Source: the human T2T-CHM13v2.0 reference genome, Homo sapiens. From it: a stretch of DNA of 64,000 nt. The notes below the pieces were generated by a model. That model searched no databases and was not told the DNA's origin. It saw only the letters and a list, made by a program, of their open reading frames with translations. The stretch lies in the NCBI RefSeq assembly GCF_009914755.1, contig NC_060931.1, one strand, 5' to 3'. Each line of letters begins with the position of its first letter. Positions within the stretch are counted from its first letter, which is position 1. This document shows, piece by piece, positions 27,168 through 40,569 of the stretch. The position numbers and the translations under genes were made by a program.

Positions 27168-27629
27168 TCATGCATTTTTATGTGTTATCCTCAAACATCT
27201 GAGGGAGATAAGAAAGAATATACCACGGATGAGAATATTTATAATTATCAGAAAAAAAACTGCCTCCTAGGAACAATCCTGTGAGCTCCATCATCAAATC
27301 TGATTCAGAAGCCTCCAAATCCCCTACTTGCCCTGGCAGCTGCTACCCACCTCACAGCTGTCCTTTGCAGATTACTACAAATGTTCTCTTAAATATTCAT
27401 TTATCCCCCAGCATTGACAGGTGAGGAATGATGTTGCTTGGGCTATTTCTGCCCCAGGTGGCCCCTGTAAAGCCGGGACCTTGGATCCCCTCTCTCATAT
27501 GAGCCTCCTAAGGGGGCTCCCAGCTCCTGGATGGGGTCTTCTCAGGGCCTAGGGCCCCCTCATCTGCCCAGAACAAACTTCCTCATCCAGATGTCACCAT
27601 TCACTTCCCCAGGTCCTCCTTCCCACCAG

Positions 27630-27753
27630 ACATGAGGATTTTAACTTGATCATCTCTGCAAAGACCTTATCTTCAAATACAGTTACATTCTGAAGTCCTG
27701 GGGGTTAGGGCTGCAACACCCGAATTGGTGGAGACAAAATCCAGCTCCTGACA
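27630..27753 (-). mobile_element. MLT1 fragment
   Basis: tctgcaaagaccttatcttcaaatacagttacattctgaagtcctgggggttaggg. Confidence 0.7.
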
Positions 27754-28204
27754 ATACCGCGTATGATAGCTGCGTCTCTGCCTGCAGTACTGTTTTCCAG
27801 GGAAAGCATCTTTGAGTGTATTCAGAAAGCCTCTCTCTGGGGCCAGGCCTTGCAGAGAATCCTTCAGAAACTGGACAACCCCACCCAAGGCAGTCAGTGG
27901 GGAGGACACATTTGGTGCCTCATTGGTCCCTGGATCTGCCTCACAGTCCTCAATGTTCCTCCTCGTTCCCTCTACTCTTTCTCCTCTTTGGTTGACCTTG
28001 AAGCTCATTCCTGGTGAAGGCCCCGTGGGAGCAGTGCAATGACAAGAGGAGCCTGTTTTCAATAGCACCCTCACGCTCTCCAGGGGTCCATTGGAGGCGC
28101 CTATGACCTCCTGATGCTGAGGAGCCTAGAGTGGGCAGCCCTCGGGCCCAGGCTCCACCTGGGTGAGGCCTGTTTTATTATCAATACTCACCACAGTCAT
28201 TTGT

Positions 28205-28340
28205 GGGAGTGTAATGCTCATATTCCCATTTAAGAGATGAATAAACTGAGGCAAGGTGAAGTGACTCAGCTGAGGCCACACCACAGTTTAATGGGGAAGC
28301 CAGGATAAGAGCTGGCGGCTTCTATGTCTGATCTACACTC
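28205..28340 (-). mobile_element. MIR fragment
   Basis: attcccatttaagagatgaataaactgaggcaaggtgaagtgactcagctgaggccacac. Confidence 0.7.
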
Positions 28341-28689
28341 TGATGGGAGGTCGTCAGAGAGCCATGTAAACGGTGAGGAGGTGACATGCTGGTCCCTTCC
28401 ATAAAAGCTGTTTTGCAAAATTAAAACACACACACAGTAAAGATCCAGATTTATGCAAGTGAGAGTGAGGGGCTGACTATTTACCAGTCAACAGATCTCC
28501 CCAAATGGTTCTCTGCTTGGGGTTGAGATGCTCCTGACCAGCAGGGCTTGGGGAGAGACATTCTTGCTCCCCCTAGAGCTGGCTGACCCATACCCAGGGG
28601 ATTCTGAGCACCAGGGGCTGGGAGCAGCATGTACCACGTGTTTCCCAAGAGTTAGTCATGTTTGCTCCTAAAACTTATTGTAATCGAGG

Positions 28690-29240
28690 AATCTAATTAA
28701 ACAATACACCAACTGAAGAAACAGTGCAAAAAGAATGAGTGACTGTTTCTATGAAAACTTAGATGAACTACTTTGGAAAGATTCAATAAAAAGCATGCCT
28801 AAATACATATACTGGGGCCAGGAGCAGTGATTCACACTTGTAACCCCAGTGCTTTGGGAGGCTGAGGTGGGAGGGTGGCTTGAGGCTAGGAGTTTGAAAC
28901 CAGCCTAGGCAACATAGCAAGACCCTGTCTCTACAAAAAAACAAAAATTTTTCAACTGGTTGTGGCAGCACCTGCCTATGGTCCCAGCTGCTCTGGAAGC
29001 TGAGGTGAGAGGATCACTCGAGCCCAGGAGTTCAGGCTGCAGTGAGCCGCAAGTGTGCCACTGCACTCCACCCTGGGCAACAGAGCAAGACCCTGTCTCT
29101 AAAAAAATAAATAAAATATGTACATCCAGATACAGTATTATGTGTGGGCGAGACACCGGTAAAAGATGGAAACAATCATAAAAGTCAGGCAGGATTCCAC
29201 CTAAGATTGTCTTTAGCTCTCAATCTACCTTGTTTTAAAA
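28690..29240 (+). mobile_element. TcMar-Tigger-like remnant interrupted by AluJ
   Basis: gtgcaaaaagaatgagtgactgtttctatgaaaactt...tttggaaagattcaataaa resumes after the Alu with gtgtgggcgagacacc...taaaagatgg (transposase N-terminus-like). Confidence 0.45.
28816..29116 (+). mobile_element. AluJ
   Basis: AluJ diagnostics: gcttgaggctaggag, gcaacatagcaagaccctgtctctac, ggatcactcgagcccaggagttcaggctgcagtgagc. Confidence 0.9.
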
Positions 29241-31139
29241 TTTTTTTATGAGCCATAAAAGACCTAAGACTAGTCTTTATTGTACAACTTGATGAATTCT
29301 GATCCTGTGGCCATACAGTTCAAAATAGAGCATTCTAGCACTCAGAAAGCTCCCTAGTGCCCTCATCAGTTGGTGCCTGTCAACCCCAAGGATGTCATAG
29401 TCATTTGGACACCCCTGGCACAGTCATTCCACTTAGAGACTCTGCCAGAAGTCCCAGATCATAATCAGGAGTGAAATTTACACAAGAAGGGGCCGGAAGC
29501 CCTAGTGAGTAGTGAACTCAACTCCAAAATAACCCTACACTAAAAATAAAACTGGAACGTACTTTTTATGTTTGAAATTTAAATAAGATAGATGTATTTT
29601 TGTTAAATCGTTCCAACCTGTACAACTTTTCTATTCATCAGCCAACTAGCCAGAGAAAGGGGGTTTCTGCTGCTGTCAGAGTATAAAAATGAGCTGCAAT
29701 TTTCAAAATTTGACCTCATCTAACTTTCTCCAGCTATGCCATTCCTGGAGCATCCTCAGTCCAGTGCCTGATGCGTAAAACATAATAAAAAGGTGACCCC
29801 ACCACACCAAACACTGGGGTGTCTGTAGCAGTGACCGCGTCTCACGGGGATTTTGTCTGAATGCCTGTTCCTCCACTCGCCTAATCCATGGAGGTCAGGG
29901 AACCACGCACCTCAACACACACAGTAGCTTCTTAATAAATGTTGGTCCATGGAAGTCAAGTCAGCCCTTAAAGGGAAGGGTAGGAAACAGGTGTGCAGGG
30001 AGGGAGGAGTAAAGCTGCCCTGGGCCTGCCAGGCCTGGGGCCACCCCGCAGGCAACTCTGGAGCCAGACAGCCTCGGGGCACCCCAGGCTGAGGGAAGGA
30101 GCTGGGCACAGCCCTGTGTCCCCGTCTCTCAGCCAATGGAGGAGGAGCTTGGTCAGTCCCTACAAAGGTTGCAGTGGAGACCCTGCACCAGGGTACCCAC
30201 CTACCCATGAAGGCACAGGAGGAACATTCTGGAAATGAGGAGGCCCTTGTGAAGCCACAGAGGTGTGGAACAGCATGGCACAGCACCCCTGCAATTCCCA
30301 TACCCTGTGAGGACCCCACAGTCCTCATCTGTCCCTGGATGTAGTGCAGTGGTTGTCCTCGGAGTCGCTGGGGTCTCTGCCTGCTGGCTCTGCCCTAGTC
30401 CCGAACTGGACGCCCTGGCTCACAGCCCCTCCCCACGGCACCCCCTCCTGCATTCCTTGGCTCACCCATGAGCCCCTCTTGGGAATGGCTCCCCAACTCC
30501 ACTGCTTCAGGAAGGAGCAGCTTAATGCTTCCCGAAGCTTCTCCAGCCCCACCCCACTTACCCCCATGATGTGAGCGCTTGGACCCACCGTCCCAGTGAC
30601 CTGCCTCCACGGTAAAAGAGGGCCTGAATGGGGGTTCTTCAGTGCGGGGATCAGGGGCTGATTTCAGAATCTAACGACTGTCATTATGCCGCATACACAG
30701 AAAAATGAACACGAGAGCTACAATTTACATAAAAATCCCGGATTTGGGGAGCCCCCATAGAACCCCAAGACCAAAGACAGGTCTCTCAATGGGAAAATTT
30801 CAGGAAGCGACGCCAGGTGTCCTAATCCTCTGAAGCCCAGAATGTGTGTGCACCGGGGCGGGGCTGCCCCGGAGAAGGTTCAGGCGACCTTCGCGTGAGG
30901 ACTCCAGGCCCCTCCGGAGAACATTCCTGAGCCTGCACCAACTGCCCTCCGTTCGCTCCTCTCCAAAGGGGTCTCAGAAACCCTCAAAATAGTGTTAGGA
31001 AACCATCTTACTAACGAATGTCTGCCTCTTGCTTTCCACCGTATTTAAAACTCTTCCTTAAGCTGATATGAATTTTGTTAAAAGCACACGGAGAATGTTT
31101 TCTCATTGCCTCCCACTCTGAGCTAGGTATTCCATTCCC

Positions 31140-31500
31140 CCAAACACTCCTACATTTAGTAATGCGAAAAACAGTGAAAGATCTCAAAGCCCATAGATGA
31201 AAGTTAAATCAGTTCTGACAGACCCCGATGTGTGATGAAATATTATGCAGCCATTTAAAATGATGGAATAATACTTGAAATATAAAAAAGTTTAAAATGC
31301 AAACCCCAGAAGCATCTACAGTATATCCCCAATTTTCTAACACACACGTGCACACACAGGCTTCTAAGAAATGATTAGAAGGAAATACACCAATGTATTA
31401 ATATTGGTTATCTCTGGTAAGACTAAAAGTAATTTTAATTTTCTTTTCTTCTTTCCTGTATTTTCCATGGTAAGCATACATTGATGTTAATTTTTTGATT
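31140..31500 (+). mobile_element. Old L1 (L1ME-like) 3' end fragment
   Basis: gatgaaatattatgcagccatttaaaatgatg...ggaaatacaccaatgtattaatattggttatctctgg. Confidence 0.65.
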
Positions 31501-32289
31501 GAAAATTCTACTGGCTCCACGGCCTGTCTTGTGTAATCACAGCTGAGCTCACTCATCTTCTGGGCTTTGGCACCGTAGGGAGGAAGGCAGCCTTTCCCCA
31601 GTGTGCCCTTGGGCAATCCAGATCCACCCCGAGCCTGGGCCCTGCTGGGTACTGCCCAGGCGATGCCAGGAGAGGGCTGAGTGGTGGCCGCAGCTGAGTG
31701 CAGACACATGTGGTGCAGAGCACAGCATGATGCAGTGTGGGACGGTGGGCTTTGCAAACCCCAGGAAGGGACAGCGGCCAGGTGCTCCGCTCCAAGCCCA
31801 GCCCCCCAGGCCTCAGTGAGCACCCCCGGCTGTGACTTGGGCCAGCCCTCCATCCACTCAGCCACTGTCTCTCTGAACATGCCCTGCCCTCCTGCCGGGC
31901 TGGCTGGGCTCTAGGAGGGGGTGTCCTGTGCAGGAGGCACATGTGAGCTCAAGGGCACACCAACCCCTCTCACTAGTCATGTGTTGGGCCCAGTGCAAGC
32001 CCGCTCACTCACTGCTCACTCCCGCCAAGGTCAAGCTTCTGAACCCCTTCTTAGAGACAAGGAGACCTGGGCTTAGCCCTCGAGTCCACGTGGTCGCCAA
32101 CATGACATGACGGAGCCAGGGCCCCCAGCCCTGCCCCGGCCTGGCCCCTCCTCCACACTGGCTTCTGTGCCTCCTGCAGGGCCAGCTTCTCAGCAGCCCC
32201 TCTCTCTGCAGGAATTCACTCACTCGGAAGCTGGGCAGACTTAACCCAGAGCTTTGGCCTCCTGGACTTGGGCATGCTCCTGTGTAATG

Positions 32290-32477
32290 AGGAAGGGCCT
32301 CATTTTAAACAACCAGATCTTGTGAGAAATCTTTCACGAGACAGTAGCAAGGGGAGGGTGCTAAACCATTAGAAACTGCCCCGTGATCCAATCACCTCCC
32401 ACTAGGCCCCAGCTCCAGCACTGGGGATGTCAGTTGAGCCTGAGATTTGGGTGGGGACACAGATCCAAACCGTATCA
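32290..32477 (-). mobile_element. MSTA-like LTR fragment
   Basis: ttttaaacaaccagatcttgtgaga...gtgctaaaccattagaaactgccccgtgatccaatcacctcccact...gagatttgggtggggacacagatccaaaccgtatca. Confidence 0.8.
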
Positions 32478-32851
32478 GAAGGGAAGAGAGCCATCCCGGG
32501 AGTGGGCAGGCTTTCCCGGTGGACCTTGGGGAGTCACCCCACATCTGTGTCAGTACAGCCAGACTTAACAATGGAAAGAGCCACCAGACCAGTTCAGGAA
32601 GCTGGGCGGGAGATGCCTCAAGGAGATGAGGCCAGCAGTATGGAGCAGCAAGTCCCCCTGTGCCCCCACTCTGGGGAGCTGCAAGAATGACCTCACAGGC
32701 CCTGCCTTCCCCCACACCCTGTAGGCTGCGCAGCTCCCCCAGCAAGACATGGAGCTGTCTTCCCACCCCTGGAATTGCTGGTCATGTGCTGTGCCTCAGC
32801 CAGCAGAGGTGACAGGGTGACCTTGGCCTGGTTCCCCCTGAGCTCACTGGC

Positions 32852-33019
32852 TTTTTTTTTTTGCTTTAAGTTCTGGGATACATGTGCAGAACGTGCAGGT
32901 TTGTTACATAGCTATACATGTGCCATGGTGGTTTGCTGCACCTGTCAACCCGTCACCTAGGTTTTAAGCCCGGCATACTTTAGGTATTTGTCCTAATGCT
33001 CTCCCTCTCCTTTCCCCCA
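32852..33019 (-). mobile_element. L1PA (about PA7-PA8) extreme 3' end, heavily 5'-truncated
   Basis: Poly-T then ttaagttctgggatacatgtgcagaacgtgcaggtttgttacatag...gtatttgtcctaatgctctccct. Confidence 0.9.
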
Positions 33020-33344
33020 AGGTGAGCAGGTCCCTGGCACAGCCACACCCAAACCAAAGGTGCCCTTGGAAAGGTCACTGTCTTCATTGCTCAGGCTGGT
33101 TTGAGTCAGGTTCCTGTCACTTGTAACAAATCCACTGGATTTCCAAGCCTCCAACCACACCTCTGCCTCAGGTCCAGTGCACTGAGACCCAGCCCACAGC
33201 TCTCATCATGTTGCAGCCCCTTCACCACTTCCAGCATCATCTCATTTTCCAACAGGCTGAAATCCAAATGTGTTCACTTTCGTAATCCAGTACTCCCCAT
33301 GACCTGGTCCTAATCTGCATCTCCACCACCATCGCCCATCATTC

Positions 33345-33510
33345 ACTAGATAAGCACATGCCTACTATTGCAGGCACTCAGATCGTGAACACATATTGGA
33401 TGAAGCAGCAAAGAGCCCTGCCCCCGGGGGGAAGACAGACACCAAATGGGGAACACAATAAATAAGTAAATTGTATAGTATGTGAGAAGATTGTAAGTGC
33501 TTTGACGGAA
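33345..33510 (-). mobile_element. L2 3' fragment
   Basis: gcctactattgcaggcact...ccctgccc...aataaataagtaaattgtatagtatgtgagaagattgtaagtgct. Confidence 0.65.
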
Positions 33511-34239
33511 AGGAAGGAAGGGAGGGAGGGAGGGAGGGAGGGAAAAAAATAAGAGAAAGAAAGAAAATGTCCCCTTTCCAAAAACAAGAACGCTGGCTTC
33601 CAACAGCACTGGTGGAATCTTGTATTTGCTCAACCCTACAAGACAGAAAATCATTACAGAATTGCTACCTTGCACCACAGTGAAAGCAAACCCACAAGTC
33701 AAGTTCAATATTTGTTTGCAGGTATTTTGTCTGCAGGACAAGGGTTATAGGTCAAGGTTCCGTGTTCAATGTTACTTGGGTTAGTTTCTGTTGTGGTGGT
33801 GGGGTTGGTTTGTTGGTTTGGTTTCTTGCCTTGTTTTGATTTGGTTTGGTTTTGGCGTGGTCATGTTACTATCTGAAATACAGTTAGCTCATATTTCCCA
33901 CATGCTGTGATAAATGTTGTTAATAAGTCAGCCTCTGTGGACCAGCTGGATTGTGTGTTCTCCCTGCTAACCCAGAGCACACTGAAGGCAGGTGCTTATT
34001 ATCCTATTCATCTTTATGTCTTTAACGCCAATCACAATTTCTGTCATAGAGTAGGTGCACAGGAAATATTTGTTAAATTCAACCACTGAACCTAAAGGGT
34101 TTCTGGAAAACTTTTTTGCAAAATCCATGTAAATGCCATAATAAATAATTTGCCTATATATTCATAGACTAGCATCCAAACCACAAGCACTTACTTTATG
34201 AATAATTCAGACATATGAAGAGCTGATTAATGACTCATA

Positions 34240-34570
34240 ATTTAGAACCCCACCTACTGTCCCCTGGGTGGGGGGGCCAGGGCTGCTCTCCAATGCCTAC
34301 CTCATGCCCTGTGCAGAACACGTGAGGCTCACCCACCTCCAAACAGATGCAGTGCGCCCTCTGCCTCAGGCAGGGCACTCCCCAACACATGGGCAGCTGC
34401 TCACACAGAGATGGTATTAGGGCCTTTTGGGGATTTGGGAATCTTGAACACTCATGGGAAGATTGATAGGCTTCTGGGATGCCTTCCATGGAGCGGCTCG
34501 GGACAAATTTGTGAATGCAGCGGCCAAAAGATCTGCAATCCGTCATGGGTTGAGTAGAGCTACCCAATGC
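34240..34570 (-). mobile_element. LTR16-like ERVL remnant
   Basis: ttttggggatttgggaat...ctgggatgccttccatggagcggctcgggacaaatttgtgaatgcagcggccaaaagatctgcaatccgtcatgggttgagt. Confidence 0.5.
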
Positions 34571-35067
34571 GCCAGCAGCATAGGGAAAATGCTGAGGAAA
34601 ATGTGACGGCAGGTGCCCACTCTTAAAGCAGCCACAAGTCTTTACTGAGGTCCTGCCGGGTCGGATCCTATGCTGGATATAATAGGGAAGGCGTGCGTTT
34701 GAAAGGATTTCTCAGCCGCAGACGCAAGCCACGCATAGCGCTCGGTGAGAGACTGGTGTCCAGGAGCATGGACCGAGGTGCAGTGGTGGGGCTGGACTTG
34801 AGAATGACTTTCAACTGCCAGGATCTGGTGACCAACCGGATGTCAGGGACAGAGAGAAAGGCCCAGGTGGGGAAAACTCAAGGCTTCCAGTGTGGGAGGC
34901 TGCTCCACTCAGCTGGACCCCAAGGGTCCTGGGGAAAGGGCCTATTTGACGGGCAGCAGAATGAGCTGCTCAGAAAACAGGAAAGAGAAGACATCATTTC
35001 AGACCTGAGGCAGCGCCGACCTATTTGGAAAGAAGAAATACACAGATGAAGCCCCTAAAATCATTTA

Positions 35068-35522
35068 AGTGAAAGGAAAATAAAATCTCAAGACCCAGTT
35101 CATTCTGCCAAAGGGAAAAGCTAAGCTGGGACTGAGGCATGCAAGCCTCTGCCTTTCCTTCTGCTCCAGAGCAAATCGCTGCGGAGAGCAGGCCAGGGGT
35201 CTCCACAGGGAGCTGCTCTTATGCTGACTTTATCTTATGCAAAGATTTACTGAGCACAAGACAAATACATGATGGATGATTCCTGTACCCGCTCCTTTCC
35301 AATGCGATGTGTGGACTCAGACATATGACCACACCCCCTCCCCTTCCCCTCCTGCCTGCTTTGCCCCTTTCAGTATTAAAGCCCTCAAAATCCTCTTTGG
35401 AAAAATTGGATCTCAGGTTGTTCCTGTGGTTTCCTGTTCCTTTTCCCCAGGCACATCCTGAATGTTGGCAGAATAAACCTCTGAGTTGATTGAGGCCTGT
35501 CTCTGCCACTTTTTGGTTTACA
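35068..35522 (+). mobile_element. ERV1 (MER4-group) solo LTR
   Basis: tgaaaggaaaataaaatctcaagaccc...aaagggaaaagctaagctggga...aagccctcaaaatcctctttgg...AATAAAcctct...tttttggtttaca. Confidence 0.75.
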
Positions 35523-35739
35523 GCTATAAAGGGTGACTGCATAAGGGCTGAGATAAATGACAAGAAATGTATTGGAAAGACATGGTATTCATCCTGGAAG
35601 CCTTCCTGCAGTTGGGGAGACTCAAGCCAGGCTTTAAAGAACATGAGGGGTGACCAGAAGAATATCCCCAAATGAGAAGGCAAATACTCAGAAACACAAA
35701 CCTCTCGATTAGAAATTCTGTTTTAAGATAAAGCACTGG

Positions 35740-35886
35740 TGGAGGGGGGACAGAGAGACAGAACCAGAGAGGGACAGAAAGAAAGGGAGGGAGAGAGGAA
35801 GGGAGAGAAATAGACACAGAGGAAAGAAGAAAGGAGGAGAAAAGAGAGGGAGAGTAAGAGCGGGGAGAGAGAAGAGGAAGGAGAAA
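35740..35886. repeat. GA-rich low-complexity tract
   Basis: Near-pure purine run. Confidence 0.85.
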
Positions 35887-37481
35887 CGTTTCATTTTGCT
35901 TGGGGACAGAGCACTTAGGAAAACAATTGAAATCTGTCCAGGAAGCGCCTTTCTATTTTCTTTCTGCTTCTAAGTAAATAATCTAAAGCCTCATGTCAAG
36001 TTGTTTGCATAGCTCTAGTAGCTAAGGTTAGTTTATTTAATTAAAGTGATGATTTCAGGCCACCACCAGGAGTGAATTAGAACTGTCTCCTCGCTGCTCT
36101 CCAAAACCCCATCAAGGTGACTCTCTCCGCCCGACCCTGGAGGCTATTTTTATCCTCTTGATCTTGGTGTGATTAGTAAAGGCAATTAAGCAGCCGGATC
36201 AAAGCTCAGGGCCTCACGCCTTTTAGATGTTCCTTAACAACCCTGGCAGGGTTTGCAGGAATAAGCCCGTGTGGAGGCAAGCATGGGCATGAATAAAGAT
36301 CACCTGAGAAGGCGGAGGGCTGCTGGGGAGACGGTAGCAGCAGGCCATCCAGGGAGGGGCTGGGAGGCAGGGATGCCCCATCCTACTGCTCTGGGGTGCC
36401 TGTCCCATTCTGTGCCCTGTGCATGTGCCTCCTCCTAAGAAGAAGAATTCTTTGGGGTTTATAAAGAACCTCTCTCTTCTGTCTTAATTCAGTGAGAGAC
36501 ACGCCCCTTCTGCTGTCCTGCAGCCATAAATTGAAGGCCCCTGCAGGCCCCTGAGGCCTACCCTAAATTTTGCTGTGGTCTTAAAAAATAAAGGTGTTCT
36601 ACATTTTAAAAAAAAGAATTCCTGAGACACAAGGACCAGTCAGTATTTATAGGCTACAAAACAAATAAACCGGGTTAACTTCATTTTCCCATTGAACCTG
36701 TGTGAGGGGCATAGAGGGGTCAGGGTTCAATCAGGCTTCCCACAGCAGGGCAGCTCCCAGGAAGAGAGGTTGAACCTGAAAGAGCGCACAGACAGGCGGG
36801 GACTGCGCTCTTGCCCAGGCCTACAGCTGGTGGGCACCAGACCCTGGCCTGGACCCTGGGCTCGGACCCCTGGTTCGATGCCGTGTGATGTTGCACTGGC
36901 TGCCCCGCAGCTGATGCAGCGGGGAAGGAACGGGACTGAGGAGCAGTGGCATTTGGAAGTCAGAGTTTCCACAAGCACCAGTTAAGTGCATGGATTTCTC
37001 TCCCAGGGATTTCCTTCTTCCCAGACCTTGGGGCCTTCATCTCCAGCCTCTCAGAAGGAATAAATTCTCAGAAATACAGGATCCACACACATAGCCTGCC
37101 AGAAGCCTGTGCCACTGCGTAAGTGTGAGTGACTACGGAAGACAAGGTGGACTCCAAACCCGACGCTATGATCCACTCGAGCCTCGTCCAGGGAATTTAT
37201 GGAGCACGTGGGACCTCCCTGCCATCCAGAAGCACAGAGGAGGTGCGTCCCCACAACAATGCCAGGAACACACAGCGGGGAATTCTCTGACATCGAGAGG
37301 CTTCCAGTGAGGGGCACTGGCTGCCCTGGAGGTGACAGAGACTCCACATCAGCTACCTGCTGAGATGGTGCTGGGAGCCTCGTGGAGCAGAGCAGCCGAT
37401 CCGATCCAGGGTACCTGCTACAGGCCTGGCACCACCTGGTAGGTCATTGCGGGAGGACTTGTTCAGGCTCTGATGACCCTG

Positions 37482-37762
37482 TCAGACAGAGAGACAGAGA
37501 GTCCGAGAGAAACAGAGACACAGAGAAACAGAGAAGCAGAGACAGAGACAGACCAACGGAGGGAGAGAAAAATACAGAGAGAGACAGAGATAGAGAGAAG
37601 CAGAGACAGACCGAGAGAAAAAAATACAGAGAGACAGGGACAGAGACAGAATCAGAGTGAGACAGAGAGAACAAGGGAAAGACCCGGAGAGAGAAATGCA
37701 GAGAAAGAAAGAGACAGAGACAGAGAGAGATACAAAGAGACAGAGACAGAAATAGAGAGACA
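37482..37762. repeat. (GAGACA)n-like purine-rich tract
   Basis: Degenerate AGAGAC repeats. Confidence 0.9.
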
Positions 37763-38761
37763 CGCGTGTCTCCCAGGCCGCCGTCCCGCCCAGTTCTAGG
37801 CCTGGCTGCAGTCCTGCCCCCGGTGCCCAGAGAGCCCTTCTCCCATCACGGGCCATCTCCACTGAGCCATGTGCTAAGCATCAGCTCCTGGGAGCCACGG
37901 TGTCCCCTCACACCTGCAGTGAGGACTGAGAAAGCTGCAGATGGGAGGCGAGGCAGCGACACAGCCGGCTGGCACTAGGCATGGGGTGACAAGGTGCATG
38001 GCGCGGCCAGGACAGCCTTGTGCAGGGGACAGCGGAAGCTCAGGAGACAAGGTCAGAGGTGGTGGGGCCCCGCCACGGAGGGCACCGAGGGGAGGAACTG
38101 GGGCTTCATTTTGCGGAATGAGAGTGGAGGCCATGAAACCGAACCTCATGCACCCCCAGCCACAGCAGCCTCATCAACGGCCCCGCTGCTGCCGCGGGAA
38201 TCGCCCACACTACCCACAGGCTCCCCACCAGCCCTGGGTGCAGGAGACACTGAGGTAGGCCCTGTCCTGGGAGGTGTGGGAGCCTGCTGAGGGCTGGCTT
38301 TGGCGGGAGCTCCAGCCCATGGGGGAACAGTGGCCAGCGCTGGGAAGTAAAGATCCCCCACGCCTAGGCTGGCCAGTTTCCATGGGGGCAGCACAGCCCA
38401 CCTCACGTCTCCAGTGGCTCACACTCGGAACGTTTGCCAGCCTGCTCTGCTGAGCGGTGTGAGCCACCTGAGTGGCCCCAGCACCTCCCAGCTGATGCCC
38501 CCACCTGCAGCCCCCAGGACGCACCCCCACTCCTGCAGGCTCAGACCCCACTGCAGCCTGTGCTCCCAGCCGCCGCCAGTGCTCACACGTTTTCTCCTGC
38601 AGGTGTTTTTCCCAATAAAATCTGTGCATCTCTCATCCTGTCTTGGTGTCTGCTTCTCGGGAGACACAGAGTCTCACACGGGAAACGTGTTGTCAGCTGT
38701 GAGGGGTGGGTGGGGGTGGAGATAATTGCCATGAGCCATGCCAGGGCCTGAGAAAGGAAAC

Positions 38762-38893
38762 AGACACAGAGAAACAGAGAAGCAGAGACAGAGACAGACC
38801 AATGGAGGGAGAGAAAAATAGAGAGAGACAGAGAGAGAGAAGCAGAGACAGACCAAGAGAGAAAAAAATACAGAAAGACAGGGACAGAGACAG
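38762..38893. repeat. Direct copy of 37516-37649
   Basis: Shares unique interruptions (gaagcagagac, gaccaa[c/t]ggagggagagaaaaata, aaaaaaatacag, gacagggacag) in the same order. Confidence 0.9.
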
Positions 38894-40569
38894 GTGGCGC
38901 CCTGCAGGAGGAGGTGGCAGCTGGGTGGAGAATCAGCAGGGGCGGCGGCATGGCAAGCCCACCTCTCTCCCAGGGTTCGCGACCGTGATCTGCTGACAGG
39001 TTGGACAGGCACTGGCAGGTCACTACCAAGACGTTAGATGCTGCAAAGCACAAGGCACTCCTCATAAGAACGCAGTAGTAATTAGAGGTCCTGTGTGGGA
39101 ACAGTGCCATTCATTAACAGTGATCACCGTTTGATATCGACAGGGTCCGACCAACGTGCCCGCAGGATGCAGAAAGGGCGCGTGATGAGCACAGGAGAGT
39201 TTAGAGTGGCCCCGTGCCTGCTTCCCAAGCTCCAGAGACACTTTCTGCAGCAGCCGCACTCCTGACAAATGGGATTTTGGGGGAATCAAGTGTGATTTTG
39301 ATTCACTCGGGGAGCTCACCACTTAGAAGAACGCTGCGGTTTCAACCAGTCCTTCAGAAATGCAGAGAGTGTGGGAATTCCAATGAAAAGGCCCTGAGGA
39401 GGGCGTGCGGTTACGGGGTCCCTTGAGCTTGATAAAGGTAAGGACAAGGGACAAAAGCGCAGGCAGAGGCTGCGTGGGGGATCGGAGTGGGGGCTGTGGC
39501 CTCGGTACACAGAGGAGGAAGAGCTCAGCAGAGTGAGTCCATGTCCACAGCCTGCTCCGAAGATCAGGGCAGTGACCCCTGGGGAAGAGGATTTTGAAAG
39601 ATTTGGAGGGAAGGGCTGGTTGCATGACAAAGAAGCGGCAGGAAGAGGTTACAGGTCCTGTCGGAGCCGCGTTGCCTCTGCAAGGCTGGGCGCTGGAGAA
39701 TTCTGCGCTGGGTGGAGTGAGCATGGTGACCCAGGGCTCAGGCCACTGTCCTGGGGCTGGAGGCGGCCACAGGGGGCTGTTGTCTTGGGCCCCCCGCTGC
39801 TCACTGCTCCTAAGGAGACTGAGTGTCTCTCGCCCCACACATCTCTGTCTGGACAAGGAATTTGCCCAAGGGACCTCCCTGAGTCCGGAGGGAAGAAGGG
39901 AGAAAAGTTCTGACCCCAGCCCTGCCCCCCACCTTCCAGCCCTGTCCTAGGTCTGCCAGCTGAGCTGTCCCAGCACCGTGCCCCGAGGCCCTAGAGCACA
40001 TGCGGGCGACCAGCACTAAGTTAGAGGACCAACAACTCAGTGGCACACTGCCTTTCCCCCACCCTGGCCTCCTGATGGGGAAAACAAGAATAAGTAATCA
40101 TGTTTGCTCACTTCCACCAGGGCTGGTGAGAAGCTCAGGAAAGCCAGGGGTGGTGAGCAATGTCTGGAGGAGGCGATGCTGTGGCAGCTGTTCCCGCATG
40201 GCAGCTGGCCGTGTCTCCCTCCTCCCATGGGGCCCGTCAGTGAGCACCGTCCCAAGAAAGAGGACAAGGCACCTAGGCCAGCCAAGCGGGGAGGGGAGAG
40301 CAATGAATCAGGGCCTCCTGGAGCCCGGAAGGGCTGAGGCCACAGCAGTCCTGGAGCCCTACATGGCGGGGATGTCAGGCTAAGGGCAGACATGATCTAA
40401 AAAACGAAAAGTGGAAGAAGAAAGAAAACCACGAGGTGAGCTTCCAGAGGCTGGGAATACGCCACTCCTGATAATAACAATAACACCAACCACCAGCAGC
40501 ACATGTGCACACACGGCACGTCCCACTCTCCAAGCTCCTCACATGTGAAGTTCCTTCTTCCAAAGCCCC

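Noticed and set aside
37425-37448. CTCF-like motif CACCACCTGGTAGGTCA
   Set aside because: Imperfect spacing relative to consensus; unsupported without ChIP data
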